DNA of 64,000 bases from Eledone cirrhosa (taxonomy: Eukaryota), in NCBI GenBank assembly GCA_964016885.1, contig OZ024741.1:12462001-12526000 (forward strand). Reading direction: 5' to 3'. The notes below the pieces were generated by a model. That model was given only the letters and a program-made list of their open reading frames with translations. It was not told the DNA's origin and made no database searches. The translations under genes and the position numbers were made by a program. Of this stretch, positions 15,001 through 30,000 are shown in pieces. Within the stretch, counting starts at the first letter, position 1. The number at the start of each line of letters is the position of its first letter.

Positions 15001-18000
15001 GTTTGGGGAGGTATATGACTGTTGGTTTCAGTTAGATATAGTAGTTTGGGGAGGTATATGACTGTTGGTTTCAGTTTGATATAGTAGTTTGGGGAGGTAT
15101 ATGACAGTTGGTTTCAGTTTGATATAGTTGTTTGGGGAGGTATATGACTGTAGGATTCAGTTAGATATAGTAGTTATGGGAGGTATAAAACTGTAGGTTT
15201 CAGTTAGATATAGTAGTTTGGGGAGGTATATGACTGTTGGTTTCAATTAGATATAGTAGTTTGGGGAGGTATATGACTGTTGGTTTCAGTTTGATATAGT
15301 AGTTTGGGAGGTATATGACTGTTGGTTTCATTTAGATATAGTAGTTTGGGGAGGTATATGACTGTAAGTTTCAGTTTGATATAGTAGTTTGGGGAGGTAT
15401 ATGACTGTAGGTTTTAGTTAGATATAGTAGTTTGGGGAGGTATATGACTGTTGGTTTCAGTTATATATAGTAGTTTGGGGAGGTATATGACTGTTGGTTT
15501 CAGTTAGATATAGTAGTTTGGGGAGGTATATGACTGTAGGTTTCAATTTGATATAGTAGTTTGGGGAGGTATATACTGTAGGTTTCAGTTAGATATAGTA
15601 GTTTGGGGAGGTATATGACTGTTGGTTTCAGTTAGATAAAGTAGTTTGGGGAGGTATATGACTGTTGGTTTCAGTTAGAGATAGTAGTTTGGGGAGGTAT
15701 ATGACTGTAGGTTTCTGTTAGATATAGTAGTTTGGGGAGGTATATGACTGTTGGTTTCAGTTTGATATAGTAGTTTGGGGAGGTATATGACCGTTCGTTT
15801 CAGTTTGACATAGTAGTTTGGGGAGGTATATGACTGTTGGTTTCAGTTAGATTTAGTAGTTTGGGGAGGTATATGACTGTAGGTTTCAGTTAGATATAGT
15901 AGTTTGGGGAGGTATATGACTGTAGGTTTTAGTTTGATATAGTAGTTTGGGGTGGTATATGTCTGTTGGTTTCAGTTGATATAGTAGTTTGGGGAGGAAT
16001 ATGACTGTTGGTTTCAGTTAGATATAGTAGTTTGGGGAGGTATATGACTGTTGGTTTCAGTTAGATATAGTAGTTTGGGGAGGTATATGACTGTTGGTTT
16101 CAGTTAGATATAGTAGTTTGGGGAGGTATATGACTGTTGGTTTCAGTTAGATATAGTAGTTTGGGGAGGTATATGACTGTTGGTTTCAGTTTGATATAGT
16201 AGTTTGGGGAGGTATATGACTGTAGGATTCAGTTAGATATAGTAGTTTGGGGAGGTATAAAACTGTAGGTTTCAGTTAGATATAGTAGTTTGGGAGGTAT
16301 ATGACTGTTGGTTTCAGTTAGATATAGTAGTCTGGGGAGGTATATGACTGTAAGTTTCAGTTTGATATAGTAGTTTGGGGAGCTATATGACTGTAGGTTT
16401 TAGTTAGATATAGTAGTTTGGGGAGGTATATGACTGTAGGTTTCAGTTACATATAGTAGTTTGGGGAGGTATATGACCGTTGGTTTCAGTTAGATATAGT
16501 AGTTTGGGGAGGTATATGACTGTAGGTTTCAGTTAGTTATAGAAGTTTGGGGAGGTATATGACTGTTGGTTTCAATTTGATACAGTAGTTTGGGGAGGTA
16601 TATGACTGTTGGTTTCAGTTTGATATAGTAGTTTGGGGAGGTATATGACTGTTGGTTTCAGTTGATATAGTAGTTTGGGGAGGTATATGACTGTAGGTTT
16701 CAGTTAGTTATATAAGTTTGGGGTGGTATATGACTGTTGGTTTCAATTTGATATAGTAGTTTGGGGAGGTATATGAGTGTTGGTTTCAGTTTGATATAGT
16801 AGTTTGGGGAGGTATATGACTGTTGGTTTCAGTTCGAGATAGTAGTTTGGGGAGGTATATGACTGTTGGTTTCAGTTTGATATAGTAGTTTGGGGTGGTA
16901 TATAACTGTTGGTTTCAATTTGATATAGTAGTTTGGGGAGGTATATGACTGTTGGTTTCAGTTTGATATAATAATTTGGGGAGGTATATGACTGTAGGAT
17001 TCAGTTAGATATAGTAGTTTGGGGAGGTATAAAACTGTAGGTTTCAGTTAGATATAGTAGTTTGGGAGGTATATGACTGTTGGTTTCAGTTAGATATAGT
17101 AGTCTGGGGAGGTATATGACTGTAAGTTTCAGTTTGATATAGTAGTTTGAGGAGCTATATGACTGTAGATTTTAGTTAGATATAGTAGTTTGGGGAGGTA
17201 TATGACTGTAGGTTTCAGTTACATATAGTAGTTTGGGGAGGTATATGACCGTTGGTTTCAGTTAGATATAGTAGTTTGGGGAGGTATATGACTGTAGGTT
17301 TCAGTTAGTTATAGAAGTTTGGGTGGTATATGACTGTTGGTTTCAATTTGATACAGTAGTTTGGGGAGGTATATGACTGTTGGTTTCAGTTTGATATAGT
17401 AGTTTGGGGAGGTATATGACTGTTGGTTTCAGTTGATATAGTAGTTTGGGGAGGTATATGACTGTAGGTTTCAGTTAGTTATATAAGTTTGGAGTGGTAT
17501 ATGACTGTTGGTTTCAATTTGACATAGTAGTTTGGGGAGGTATATGACTGTTGGTTTCAGTTAGATTTAGTAGTTTGGGGAGGTATATGACTGTAGGTTT
17601 CAGTTAGATATAGTAGTTTGGGGAGGTATATGACTGTTGGTTCTAGTTTGACATAGTAGTTTGGGGAGGTATATGACTGTTGGTTTCAATTTGATATAGT
17701 AGTTTGGGGAGGTATATGACTGTTGGTTTCAGTTAGATATAGTAGTTTGGGGAGGTATATGACTGTTGGTTTCAGTTAGATATAGTAGTTTGGGGAGGTA
17801 TATGACTGTTGGTTTCAGTTAGATATAGTAGATTGGGGAGGTATATGTCTGTTGGTTTCAGTTGATATAGTAGTTTGGGGAAGTATATGACTGTTGGTTT
17901 AAGTTTGATATAGTAGTTTGGGGAAGTATATGACTGTTAGTTTCAGTTAGATATAGTAGTTTGGGGAGTTATATGACTGTTGGTTTCAGTTTGATATAGT

Positions 18001-21000
18001 AGTTTGGGGAGGTATATGACCGTTGGTTTCAATTAGATATAGTAGTTTGGGAGGTATATGACTGTTGGTTTAAGTTTGATATAGTAGTTTGGGGAGGTAT
18101 ATGACTGTAGGTTTCAGTTAGATATAGTAGTTTGGGAGGTATATGACTGTTGGTTTCAGTTTGATATAGTAGTTTGGGGAGGTATATGACTGTAGGTTTC
18201 AGTTTGATATAGTAGATTGGGGAGGTATATGACTGTTGGTTTCAGTTAGATATAGTAGTTTGGGGAGGTATATGACTGTTGGTTTCAGTTAGATATAGTA
18301 GTTTGGGGAGGTATATGACTGTTGGTTTCAGTTAGATATAGTAGTTTGGGGAGGTATATGACTGTTGGTTTCAGTTCGATATAGTAGTTTGGGGAGGTAT
18401 ATGACTGTTGGTTTCAGTTTGATATAGTAGTTTGGGGAGTTATATGACTGTTGGTTTCAGTTTGATATAGTAGTTTGGGGAGGTATATGACTGTAGGATT
18501 CAGTTAGATATAGTAGTTTGGGGAGGTATAAAACTGTAGGTTTCAGTTAGATATTGTAGTTTGGGAGGTATATGACTGTTGGTTTCAGTTAGATATAGTA
18601 GTCTGGGGAGGTATATGACTGTAGGTTTTAGTTAGATATAGTAGTTTGGGGAGATATATGACTGTTGGTTTCAGTTATATATAGTAGTTTGGGCAGGTAT
18701 ATGACTGTTGGTTTCAGTTAGATATAGTAGTTTGGGGAGGTATATGACAGTAGGTTTCAATTTGATATAGTAGTTTGGGGAGGTATATACTGTATGTTTC
18801 AGTTACATATAGTAGTTTGGGGAGGTATATGACCGTTGGTATCAGTTAGATATAGTAGTTTGGGGAGGTATATGACTGTAGGTTTCAGTTAGTTATAGAA
18901 GTTTGGGGTGGTATATGACTGTTGGTTTCAATTTGATATAGTAGTTTGGGGAGGTATATGACTGTTGGTTTCAGTTTGATATAGTAGTTTGGGGAGGTAT
19001 ATGACTGTTGGTTTCAGTTCGAGATAGTAGTTTGGGGAGGTATATGACTGTTCGTTTCAGTTTGACATAGTAGTTTGGGGAGGTATATGACTGTTGGTTT
19101 CAGTTAGATTTAGTAGTTTGGGGAGGTATATGACTGTAGGTTTCAGTTAGATATAGTAGTTTGGGGAGGTATATGACTGTTGGTTTTAGTTTGACATAGT
19201 AGTTTGGGGAGGTATATGACTGTTGGTTTCAATTTGATATAGTAGTTTGGGGAGGTATATGACTGTTGGTTTCAGTTAGATATAGTAGTTTGGGGAGGTA
19301 TATGACCGTTGGTTTCAGTTAGATATAGTAGTTTGGGGAGGTATATGACTGTTGGTTTCAGTTAGATATAGTAGTTTGGGGAGGTATATGTCTGTTGGTT
19401 TCAGTTGATATAGTAGGTTGGGGAAGTATATGACTGTTGGTTTAAGTTTGATATAGTAGTTTGGGGAAGTATATGACTGTTGGTTTCAGTTAGATATAGT
19501 AGTTTGGAGAGGTATATGACTGTAGGTTTCAGTTAGATATAGTAGTTTGGTGAGTTATATGATTGTTGGTTTCAGTTTGATATAGTAGTTTGGGGAGGTA
19601 TATGACCGTTGGTTTCAATTAGATATAGTAGTTTGGGAGGTATATGACTGTTGGTTTAAGTTTGATATAGTAGTTTGGGGAGGTATATGACTGTAGATTT
19701 CAGTTTGATATAGTTGTTTGGGGAGGTGTATGACTGTTGGTTTCAGTTAGATATAGTAGTTTGGGGAGGTATTTGACTGTAGTTTTCAGTTAGATATAGT
19801 AGTTTGGGGAGGTATATGACTGTTGGTTTAAGTTTGATATAGTAGTTTGGGGAGGTATATGACTGTAGGTTTCAGTTAGATATAGTAGTTTGGGAGGTAT
19901 ATGACTGTTGGTTTCAGTTTGATATAGTAGTTTGGGGAGGTATATGACTGTAGGTTTCAGTTTGATATAGTAGTTTGGGGAGGTATATGACTGTTGGTTT
20001 CAGTTGATATAGTAGTTTGGGGAGGTATATGACTGTTGGTTTAAGTTTGATATATTAGTTTGGGGAAGTATATGACTGTTGGTTTCAGTTAGATATTGTA
20101 GTTTGGGGAGGTATATGACTGTAGGTTTCAGTTAGATATAGTAGTTTGGGAGGTATATGACTGTTGGTTTCAGTTTGATATAGTAGTTTGGGGAGGTATA
20201 TGACTGTAGGTTTCAGTTTGATATAGTAGTTTGGGGAGGTATATGACTGTTGGTTTCAGTTTGATATAGTAGTTTGGGGAGGTATATGACTGTAGGTTTC
20301 AGTTTAATATAGTAGTTTGGGGAGGTATATGACTGTTGGTTTCAGTTAGATATAGTTGTTTGGGGAGGTATATGACTGTTGGTTTAAGTTTGATATAGTA
20401 GTTTGGGGAGGTATATGACTGTAGGTTTCAGTTAGATATAGTAGTTTGGGAGGTATATGACTGTTGGTTTAAGTTTGATATAGCAGTTTGGGGAGGTATA
20501 TGACTGTTGGTTTCAGTTAGATATAGTAGTTTGGGGAGGTATATGAGTGTAGGTTTCAGTTACATATAGTAGTTTGGGAGGTATATGACTGTAGGTTTCA
20601 GTTAGATATAGTAGTTTGGGGAGGTATATGACTGTAGGTTTCAGTTTGATATAGTAGTTTGGGGAGGTATATGACTGTTGGTTTCAGTTAGATATAGTAG
20701 TTTGGGGAGGTATATGACTGTTGGTTTCAGTTTGATATAGTAGTTTGGGGAGGTATATGACAGTTGCTTTCAGTTAGATATAGTTGTTTCGGGAGGTATA
20801 TGACTCTTGGTTTCAGTTAGATATAGTAGTTTGGGGAGGTATATGACTGTTGGTTACAGTTAGATATAGTAGTTTGGGGAGGTATATGACTGTTGGTTTC
20901 AGTTAGATATAGTAGTTGGGGAGGTATATGACTGTTGGTTTCAGTTTGATATAGTAGTTTGGGGAGGTATATGACCGTTGGTTTCAGTTTGATATAGGAG

Positions 21001-24000
21001 TTTGGGGAGGTATATGACTGTTGGTTTCAGTTATATATAGTAGTTTGGGGAGGTATATGACTGTTGGATTCAGTTGATATAGTAGTTTGGGGAGGTATAT
21101 GACTGTTGGTTTCAGTTTGATATAGTAGTATGGGGAGGTATATGACTGTTGCTTTCAGTTAGATATATTAGTATGGGGAGGTATATGACTGTAGGTTTCA
21201 GTTAGATATAGTAGTTTGGGGAGGTATATGACTGTAGGTTTCAGTTAGATATAGTAGTTTGGGGAGGTATATGACTGTTGGTTTCAGTTTGATATAGTAG
21301 TTTGGGGAGGTATATGACTGTAGTTTTCAGTTAGATGTAGTAGTTTGGGGAGGTATATGACTGTTGGTTTCAGTTTGATATAGTAGTTTGGGGAGGTATA
21401 TGACTGTAGGTTTCAGTTAGATATAGTAGTTTGGGGAGGTATATGACTGTTGGTTTCACTTTGATATAGTAGTTTGGGGAGGTATATGACTGTTGGTTTC
21501 AGTTTGATATAGTAGTTTGGGGAGGTATATGACAGTTCGTTTCAGTTTGATATAGTAGTTCGGGGAGGTATATGACAGTTCGTTTCAGTTTGATATAGTA
21601 GTTTGGGGAGGTATATGACTGTTGGTTTCAGTTTGATATAGTAGTTTGGGGAGGTATATGACTTTTGGTTTCAGTTAGACATAGTAGTTTGGGGAGGTAT
21701 ATGACTGTAGGTTTCAGTTTGATATAGTAGTTTTGGTAGGTATATGACTGTTTGTTTCAGTTTGAAATAGTAATTTGGGGAGGTATATGACTGTTGGTTT
21801 CAGTTTGATATAGTAGTTTGGGGAGGTATATGACTGTTGGTTTCAGTTTGTTATAGTAGTTTGGGGAGGTATATGACTGTTGGTTTCAGTTAGATATAGT
21901 AGTTTGGGGAGGTATATAACTGTAGGTTTCATTTAGTTATAGTAGTTTGGGGAGGTATATGACTGTCAGTTTCAGTTAGATATAGTAGTTTGAGGAGGTA
22001 TATGACTGTTGGTTTCAGTTAGATATAGTAGTTTGGGGAGGTATATGACTGTAGGTTTCAGTTAGATATAGTAGTTTGGGAGGTATATGACTGTTGGTTT
22101 CAGTTTGATATAGTAGTTTGGGGAGGTATATGACTGTAGGTTTCAGTTTGATATAGTAGTTTGGGGAGGTATATGACTGTTGGTTTCAGTTGATATAGTA
22201 GTTTGGGGAGGTATATGACTGTTGGTTTAAGTTTGATATATTAGTTTGGGGAAGTATATGACTGTTGGTTTCAGTTAGATATTGTAGTTTGGGGAGGTAT
22301 ATGACTGTAGGTTTCAGTTAGATATAGTAGTTTGGGAGGTATATGACTGTTGGTTTCAGTTTGATATAGTAGTTTGGGGAGGTATATGACTGTAGGTTTC
22401 AGTTTGATATAGTAGTTTGGGGAGGTATATGACTGTTGGTTTCAGTTTGATATAGTAGTTTGGGGAGGTATATGACTGTAGGTTTCAGTTTAATATAGTA
22501 GTTTGGGGAGGTATATGACTGTTGTTTCAGTTAGATATAGTTGTTTGGGGAGGTATATGACTGTTGGTTTAAGTTTGATATAGTAGTTTGGGGAGGTATA
22601 TGACTGTAGGTTTCAGTTAGATATAGTAGTTTGGGAGGTATATGACTGTTGGTTTAAGTTTGATATAGCAGTTTGGGGAGGTATATGACTGTTGGTTTCA
22701 GTTAGATATAGTAGTTTGGGGAGGTATATGAGTGTAGGTTTCAGTTACATATAGTAGTTTGGGAGGTATATGACTGTAGGTTTCAGTTAGATATAGTAGT
22801 TTGGGGAGGTATATGACTGTAGGTTTCAGTTTGATATAGTAGTTTGGGGAGGTATATGACTGTTGGTTTCAGTTAGATATAGTAGTTTGGGGAGGTATAT
22901 GACTGTTGGTTTCAGTTTGATATAGTAGTTTGGGGAGGTATATGACAGTTGCTTTCAGTTAGATATAGTTGTTTCGGGAGGTATATGACTCTTGGTTTCA
23001 GTTAGATATAGTAGTTTGGGGAGGTATATGACTGTTGGTTACAGTTAGATATAGTAGTTTGGGGAGGTATATGACTGTTGGTTTCAGTTAGATATAGTAG
23101 TTGGGGAGGTATATGACTGTTGGTTTCAGTTTGATATAGTAGTTTGGGGAGGTATATGACCGTTGGTTTCAGTTTGATATAGGAGTTTGGGGAGGTATAT
23201 GACTGTTGGTTTCAGTTATATATAGTAGTTTGGGGAGGTATATGACTGTTGGATTCAGTTGATATAGTAGTTTGGGGAGGTATATGACTGTTGGTTTCAG
23301 TTTGATATAGTAGTATGGGGAGGTATATGACTGTTGCTTTCAGTTAGATATATTAGTATGAGGAGGTATATGACTGTAGGTTTCAGTTAGATATAGTAGT
23401 TTGGGGAGGTATATGACTGTAGGTTTCAGTTAGATATAGTAGTTTGGGGAGGTATATGACTGTTGGTTTCAGTTTGATATAGTAGTTTGGGGAGGTATAT
23501 GACTGTAGTTTTCAGTTAGATGTAGTAGTTTGGGGAGGTATATGACTGTTGGTTTCAGTTTGATATAGTAGTTTGGGGAGGTATATGACTGTAGGTTTCA
23601 GTTAGATATAGTAGTTTGGGGAGGTATATGACTGTTGGTTTCACTTTGATATAGTAGTTTGGGGAGGTATATGACTGTTGGTTTCAGTTTGATATAGTAG
23701 TTTGGGGAGGTATATGACAGTTCGTTTCAGTTTGATATAGTAGTTCGGGGAGGTATATGACAGTTCGTTTCAGTTTGATATAGTAGTTTGGGGAGGTATA
23801 TGACTGTTGGTTTCAGTTTGATATAGTAGTTTGGGGAGGTATATGACTTTTGGTTTCAGTTAGACATAGTAGTTTGGGGAGGTATATGACTGTAGGTTTC
23901 AGTTTGATATAGTAGTTTTGGTAGGTATATGACTGTTTGTTTCAGTTTGAAATAGTAATTTGGGGAGGTATATGACTGTTGGTTTCAGTTTGATATAGTA

Positions 24001-27000
24001 GTTTGGGGAGGTATATGACTGTTGGTTTCAGTTTGTTATAGTAGTTTGGGGAGGTATATGACTGTTGGTTTCAGTTAGATATAGTAGTGTGGGGAGGTAT
24101 ATAACTGTAGGTTTCATTTAGTTATAGTAGTTTGGGGAGGTATATGACTGTCAGTTTCAGTTAGATATAGTAGTTTGAGGAGGTATATGACTGTTGGTTT
24201 CAGTTAGATATAGTAGTTTGGGGAGGTATATGACTGTTGGTTTCAGTTAGATATAGTAGTTTGGGGAGGTATATGACTGTTGGTTTCAGTTTGATATAGT
24301 AGTTTGGGGAGGTATATGACAGTTGGTTTCAGTTTGATATAGTTGTTTGGGGAGGTATATGACTGTAGGATTCAGTTAGATATAGTAGTTATGGGAGGTA
24401 TAAAACTGTAGGTTTCAGTTAGATATAGTAGTTTGGGGAGGTATATGACTGTTGGTTTCAATTAGATATAGTAGTTTGGGGAGGTATATGACTGTTGGTT
24501 TCAGTTTGATATAGTAGTTTGGGGAGGTATATGACTGTTGGTTTATGTTTGATATAGTAGTTTGGGAGGTATATGACTGTTGGTTTCATTTAGATATAGT
24601 AGTTTGGGGAGGTATATGACTGTAAGTTTCAGTTTGATATAGTTGTTTGGGGAGGTATATGACTGTAGGTTTTAGTTAGATATAGTAGTTTGGGGAGGTA
24701 TATGACTGTTGGTTTCAGTTATATATAGTAGTTTGGGGAGGTATATGACTGTTGGTTTCAGTTAGATATAGTAGTTTGGGGAGGTATATGACTGTAGGTT
24801 TCAATTTGATATACTAGTTTGGGGAGGTATATACTGTAGGTTTCAGTTAGATATAGTAGTTTGGGGAGGTATATGACTGTTGGTTTCAGTTAGATAAAGT
24901 AGTTTGGGGAGGTATATGACTGTTGGTTTCAGTTAGAGATAGTAGTTTGGGGAGGTATATGACCGTTCGTTTCAGTTTGACATAGTAGTTTGGGGAGGTA
25001 TATGACTGTTGGTTTCAGTTAGATTTAGTAGTTTGGGGAGGTATATGACTGTAGGTTTCAGTTAGATATAGTAGTTTGGGGAGGTATATGACTGTAGGTT
25101 TTAGTTTGATATAGTAGTTTGGGGTGGTATATGTCTGTTGGTTTCAGTTGATATAGTAGTTTGGGGAGGAATATGACTGTTGGTTTCAGTTAGATATAGT
25201 AGTTTGGGGAGGTATATGACAGTTGGTTTTAGTTAGATATAGTAGTTTGGGGAGGTATATGACTGTTGGTTTCAGTTAGATATAGTAGTTTGGTGAGGTA
25301 TATGACTGTTGGTTTCAGTTTGATATAGTAGTTTGGGGAGGTATATGACTGTTGGTTTCAGTTTGATATAGTATTTTGGGGAGGTATATGACTGTAGGAT
25401 TCAGTTAGATATAGTAGTTTGGGGAGGTATAAAACTGTAGGTTTCAGTTAGATATAGTTGTTTGGGGAGGTATATGACTGTAGGATTCAGTTAGATATAG
25501 TAGTTATGGGAGGTATAAAACTGTAGGTTTCAGTTAGATATAGTAGTTTGGGGAGGTATATGACTGTTGGTTTCAATTAGATATAGTAGTCTGGGGAGGT
25601 ATATGACTGTAAGTTTCAGTTTGATATAGTAGTTTGTGGAGCTATATGACTGTAGGTTTTAGTTAGATATAGTAGTTTGGGGAGGTATATGACTGTAGGT
25701 TTCAGTTACATATAGTAGTTTGGGGAGGTATATGACCGTTGGTTTCAGTTAGATATAGTAGTTTGGGGAGGTATATGACTGTAGGTTTCAGTTAGATATA
25801 GTAGTTTGGGGAGGTATATGACTGTTGGTTTCAGTTAGATATAGTAGTTTGGGGAGGTATATGACTGTTGGTTTCAGTTTGATATAGTAGTTTGGGGAGG
25901 TATATGACAGTTGGTTTCAGTTTGATATAGTTGTTTGGGGAGGTATATGACTGTAGGATTCAGTTAGATATAGTAGTTATGGGAGGTATAAAACTGTAGG
26001 TTTCAGTTAGATATAGTAGTTTGGGGAGGTATATGACTGTTGGTTTCAATTAGATATAGTAGTTTGGGGAGGTATATGACTGTTGGTTTCAGTTTGATAT
26101 AGTAGTTTGGGGAGGTATATGACTGTTGGTTTATGTTTGATATAGTAGTTTGGGAGGTATATGACTGTTGGTTTCATTTAGATATAGTAGTTTGGGGAGG
26201 TATATGACTGTAAGTTTCAGTTTGATATAGTAGTTTGGGGAGGTATATGACTGTAGGTTTTAGTTAGATATAGTAGTTTGGGGAGGTATATGACTGTTGG
26301 TTTCAGTTATATATAGTAGTTTGGGGAGGTATATGACTGTTGGTTTCAGTTAGATATAGTAGTTTGGGGAGGTATATGACTGTAGGTTTCAATTTGATAT
26401 ACTAGTTTGGGGAGGTATATACTGTAGGTTTCAGTTAGATATAGTAGTTTGGGGAGGTATATGACTGTTGGTTTCAGTTAGATAAAGTAGTTTGGGGAGG
26501 TATATGACTGTTGGTTTCAGTTAGAGATAGTAGTTTGGGGAGGTATATGACTGTAGGTTTCTGTTAGATATAGTAGTTTGGGGAGGTATATGACTGTTGG
26601 TTTCAGTTTGATATAGAAGTTTGGGGAGGTATATGACCGTTCGTTTCAGTTTGACATAGTAGTTTGGGGAGGTATATGACTGTTGGTTTCAGTTAGATTT
26701 AGTAGTTTGGGGAGGTATATGACTGTAGGTTTCAGTTAGATATAGTAGTTTGGGGAGGTATATGACTGTAGGTTTTAGTTTGATATAGTAGTTTGGGGTG
26801 GTATATGTCTGTTGGTTTCAGTTGATATAGTAGTTTGGGGAGGAATATGACTGTTGGTTTCAGTTAGATATAGTAGTTTGCGGAGGTATATGACTGTTGG
26901 TTTCAGTTAGATATAGTAGTTTGGGGAGGTATATGACTGTTGGTTTCAGTTAGATATAGTAGTTTGGTGAGGTATATGACTGTTGGTTTCAGTTTGATAT

Positions 27001-30000
27001 AGTAGTTTGGGGAGGTATATGACTGTTGGTTTCAGTTTGATATAGTATTTTGGGGAGGTATATGACTGTAGGATTCAGTTAGATATAGTAGTTTGGGGAG
27101 GTATAAAACTGTAGGTTTCAGTTAGATATAGTAGTTTGGGAGGTATATGACTGTTGGTTTCAGTTAGATATAGTAGTCTGGGGAGGTATATGACTGTAAG
27201 TTTCAGTTTGATATAGTAGTTTGTGGAGCTATATGACTGTAGGTTTTAGTTAGATATAGTAGTTTGGGGAGGTATATGACTGTAGGTTTCAGTTACATAT
27301 AGTAGTTTGGGGAGGTATATGACCGTTGGTTTCAGTTAGATATAGTAGTTTGGGGAGGTATATGACTGTAGGTTTCAGTTAGTTATAGAAATTTGGGGAG
27401 GTATATGACTGTTGGTTTCAATTTGATACAGTAGTTTGGGCAGGTATATGACTGTTGGTTTCAGTTTGATATAGTAGTTTGGGGAGGTATATGACTGTTG
27501 GTTTCAGTTGATATAGTAGTTTGGGGAGGTATATGACTGTAGGTTTCAGTTAGTTATATAAGTTTAGGGTGGTATATGACTGTTGGTTTCAATTTGATAT
27601 AGTAGTTTGGGGAGGTATATGAGTGTTGGTTTCAGTTTGATATAGTAGTTTGGGGAGGTATATGACTGTTGGTTTCAGTTCGAGATAGTAGTTTGGGGAG
27701 GTATATGACTGTTGGTTTCAGTTTGATATAGTAGTTTGGGGTGGTATATGACTGTTGGTTTCAATTTGATATAGTAGTTTGGGGAGGTATATGACTGTTG
27801 GTTTCAGTTTGATATAGTAGTTTGGGGAGCTATATGACTGTAGGATTCAGTTAGATATAGTAGTTTGGGGAGGTATAAAACTGTAGGTTTCAGTTAGATA
27901 TAGTAGTTTGGGAGGTATATGACTGTTGGTTTCAGTTAAATATAGTAGTCTGGGGAGGTATATGACTGTAAGTTTCAGTTTGATATAGTAGTTTGGGGAG
28001 CTATATGACTGTAGGTTTTAGTTAGATATAGTAGTTTGGGGAGGTATATGACTGTAGGTTTCAGTTACATATAGTAGTTTGGGGAGGTATATGACCGTTG
28101 GTTTCAGTTAGATATAGTAGTTTGGGGAGGTATATGACTGTTGGTTTCAGTTAGATATAGTTGTTTGGGGAGGTATATGACTGTTGGTTTAAGTTTGATA
28201 TAATAGTTTGGGGAGGTATATGACTGTAGGTTTCAGTTAGATATAGTAGTTTGGGAGGTATATGACTGTTGGTTTAAGTTTGATATAGCAGTTTGGGGAG
28301 GTATATGACTGTTGGTTTCAGTTAGATATAGTAGTTTGGGGAGGTATATGAGTGTAGGTTTCAGTTACATATAGTAGTTTGGGAGGTATATGACTGTTGG
28401 TTTCAGTTTGATATAGTAGTTTGGGGAGGTATATGACTGTAGGATTCAGTTTGATATAGTAGTTTGGGGAGGTATATGACTGTTGGTTTCAGTTTGATAT
28501 AGTAGTTTGGGGAGGTATATGACTGTTGGTTTCAGTTAGATATAGTAGTTTGGGGAGGTATATGACTGTTGGATTCAGTTAGATATAGTAGTTTGGGGAG
28601 GTATATGACTGTTGGTTTCAGTTTGATATAGTAGTTTGGGGAGGTATATGACAGTTGCTTTCAGTTAGATATAGTTGTTTGGGGAGGTATATGACTCTTG
28701 GTTTCAGTTAGATATAGTAGTTTGGGGAGGTATATGACTGTTGGTTACAGTTAGATATAGTAGTTTGGGGAGGTATATGACTGTTGGTTTCAGTTAGATA
28801 TAGTAGTTGGGGAGGTATATGACTGTTGGTTTCAGTTGGATATAGTAGTTTGTGGAGGTATATGACTGTTGGTTTCAGTTTGATATAGTAGTTTGGGGAG
28901 GTATATGACTGTTGGTTTCAGTTTGATATAGTAGTTTGGGGAGGTATATGACCGTTGGTTTCAGTTTGATATAGGAGTTTGGGGAGGTATATGACTGTTG
29001 GTTTCAGTTATATATAGTAGTTTGGGGAGGTATATGACTGTTGGATTCAGTTGATATAGTAGTTTGGGGAGGTATATGACTGTTGGTTTCAGTTTGATAT
29101 AGTAGTATGGGGAGGTATATGACTGTTGCTTTCAGTTAGATATATTAGTATGGGGAGGTATATGACTGTAGGTTTCAGTTAGATATAGTAGTTTGGGGAG
29201 GTATATGACTGTAGGTTTCAGTTAGATATAGTAGTTTGGGGAGGTATATGACTGTTGGTTTCAGTTTGATATAGTAGTTTGGGGAGGTATATGACTGTAG
29301 TTTTCAGTTAGATGTAGTAGTTTGGGGAGGTATATGACTGTTGGTTTCAGTTTGATATAGTAGTTTGGGGAGGTATATGACTGTAGGTTTCAGTTAGATA
29401 TAGTAGTTTGGGGAGGTATATGACTGTTGATTTCACTTTGATATAGTAGTTTGGGGAGGTATATGACTGTTGGTTTCAGTTTGATATAGTAGTTTGGGGA
29501 GGTATATGACTGTTGGTTTCAGTTTGATATAGTAGTTTGGGGAGGTATATGACTTTTGGTTTCAGTTAGACATAGTAGTTTGGGGAGGTATATGACTGTA
29601 GGTTTCAGTTTGATATAGTAGTTTTGGTAGGTATATGACTGTTTGTTTCAGTTTGAAATAGTAATTTGGGGAGGTATATGACTGTTGGTTTCAGTTTGAT
29701 ATAGTAGTTTGGGGAGGTATATGACTGTTGGTTTCAGTTTGTTATAGTAGTTTGGGGAGGTATATGACTGTTGGTTTCAGTTAGATATAGTAGTTTGGGG
29801 AGGTATATGACTGTAGGTTTCAGTTAGTTATAGTAGTTTGGGGAGGTATATGACTGTAGGTTTCATTTAGTTATAGTAGTTTGGGGAGGTATATGACTGT
29901 AAGTTTCAGTTAGATATAGTAGTTTGAGGAGGTATATGACTGTTGGTTTCAGTTAGATATAGTAGTTTGGGGAGGTATATGACTGTTGGTTTCAGTTAGA

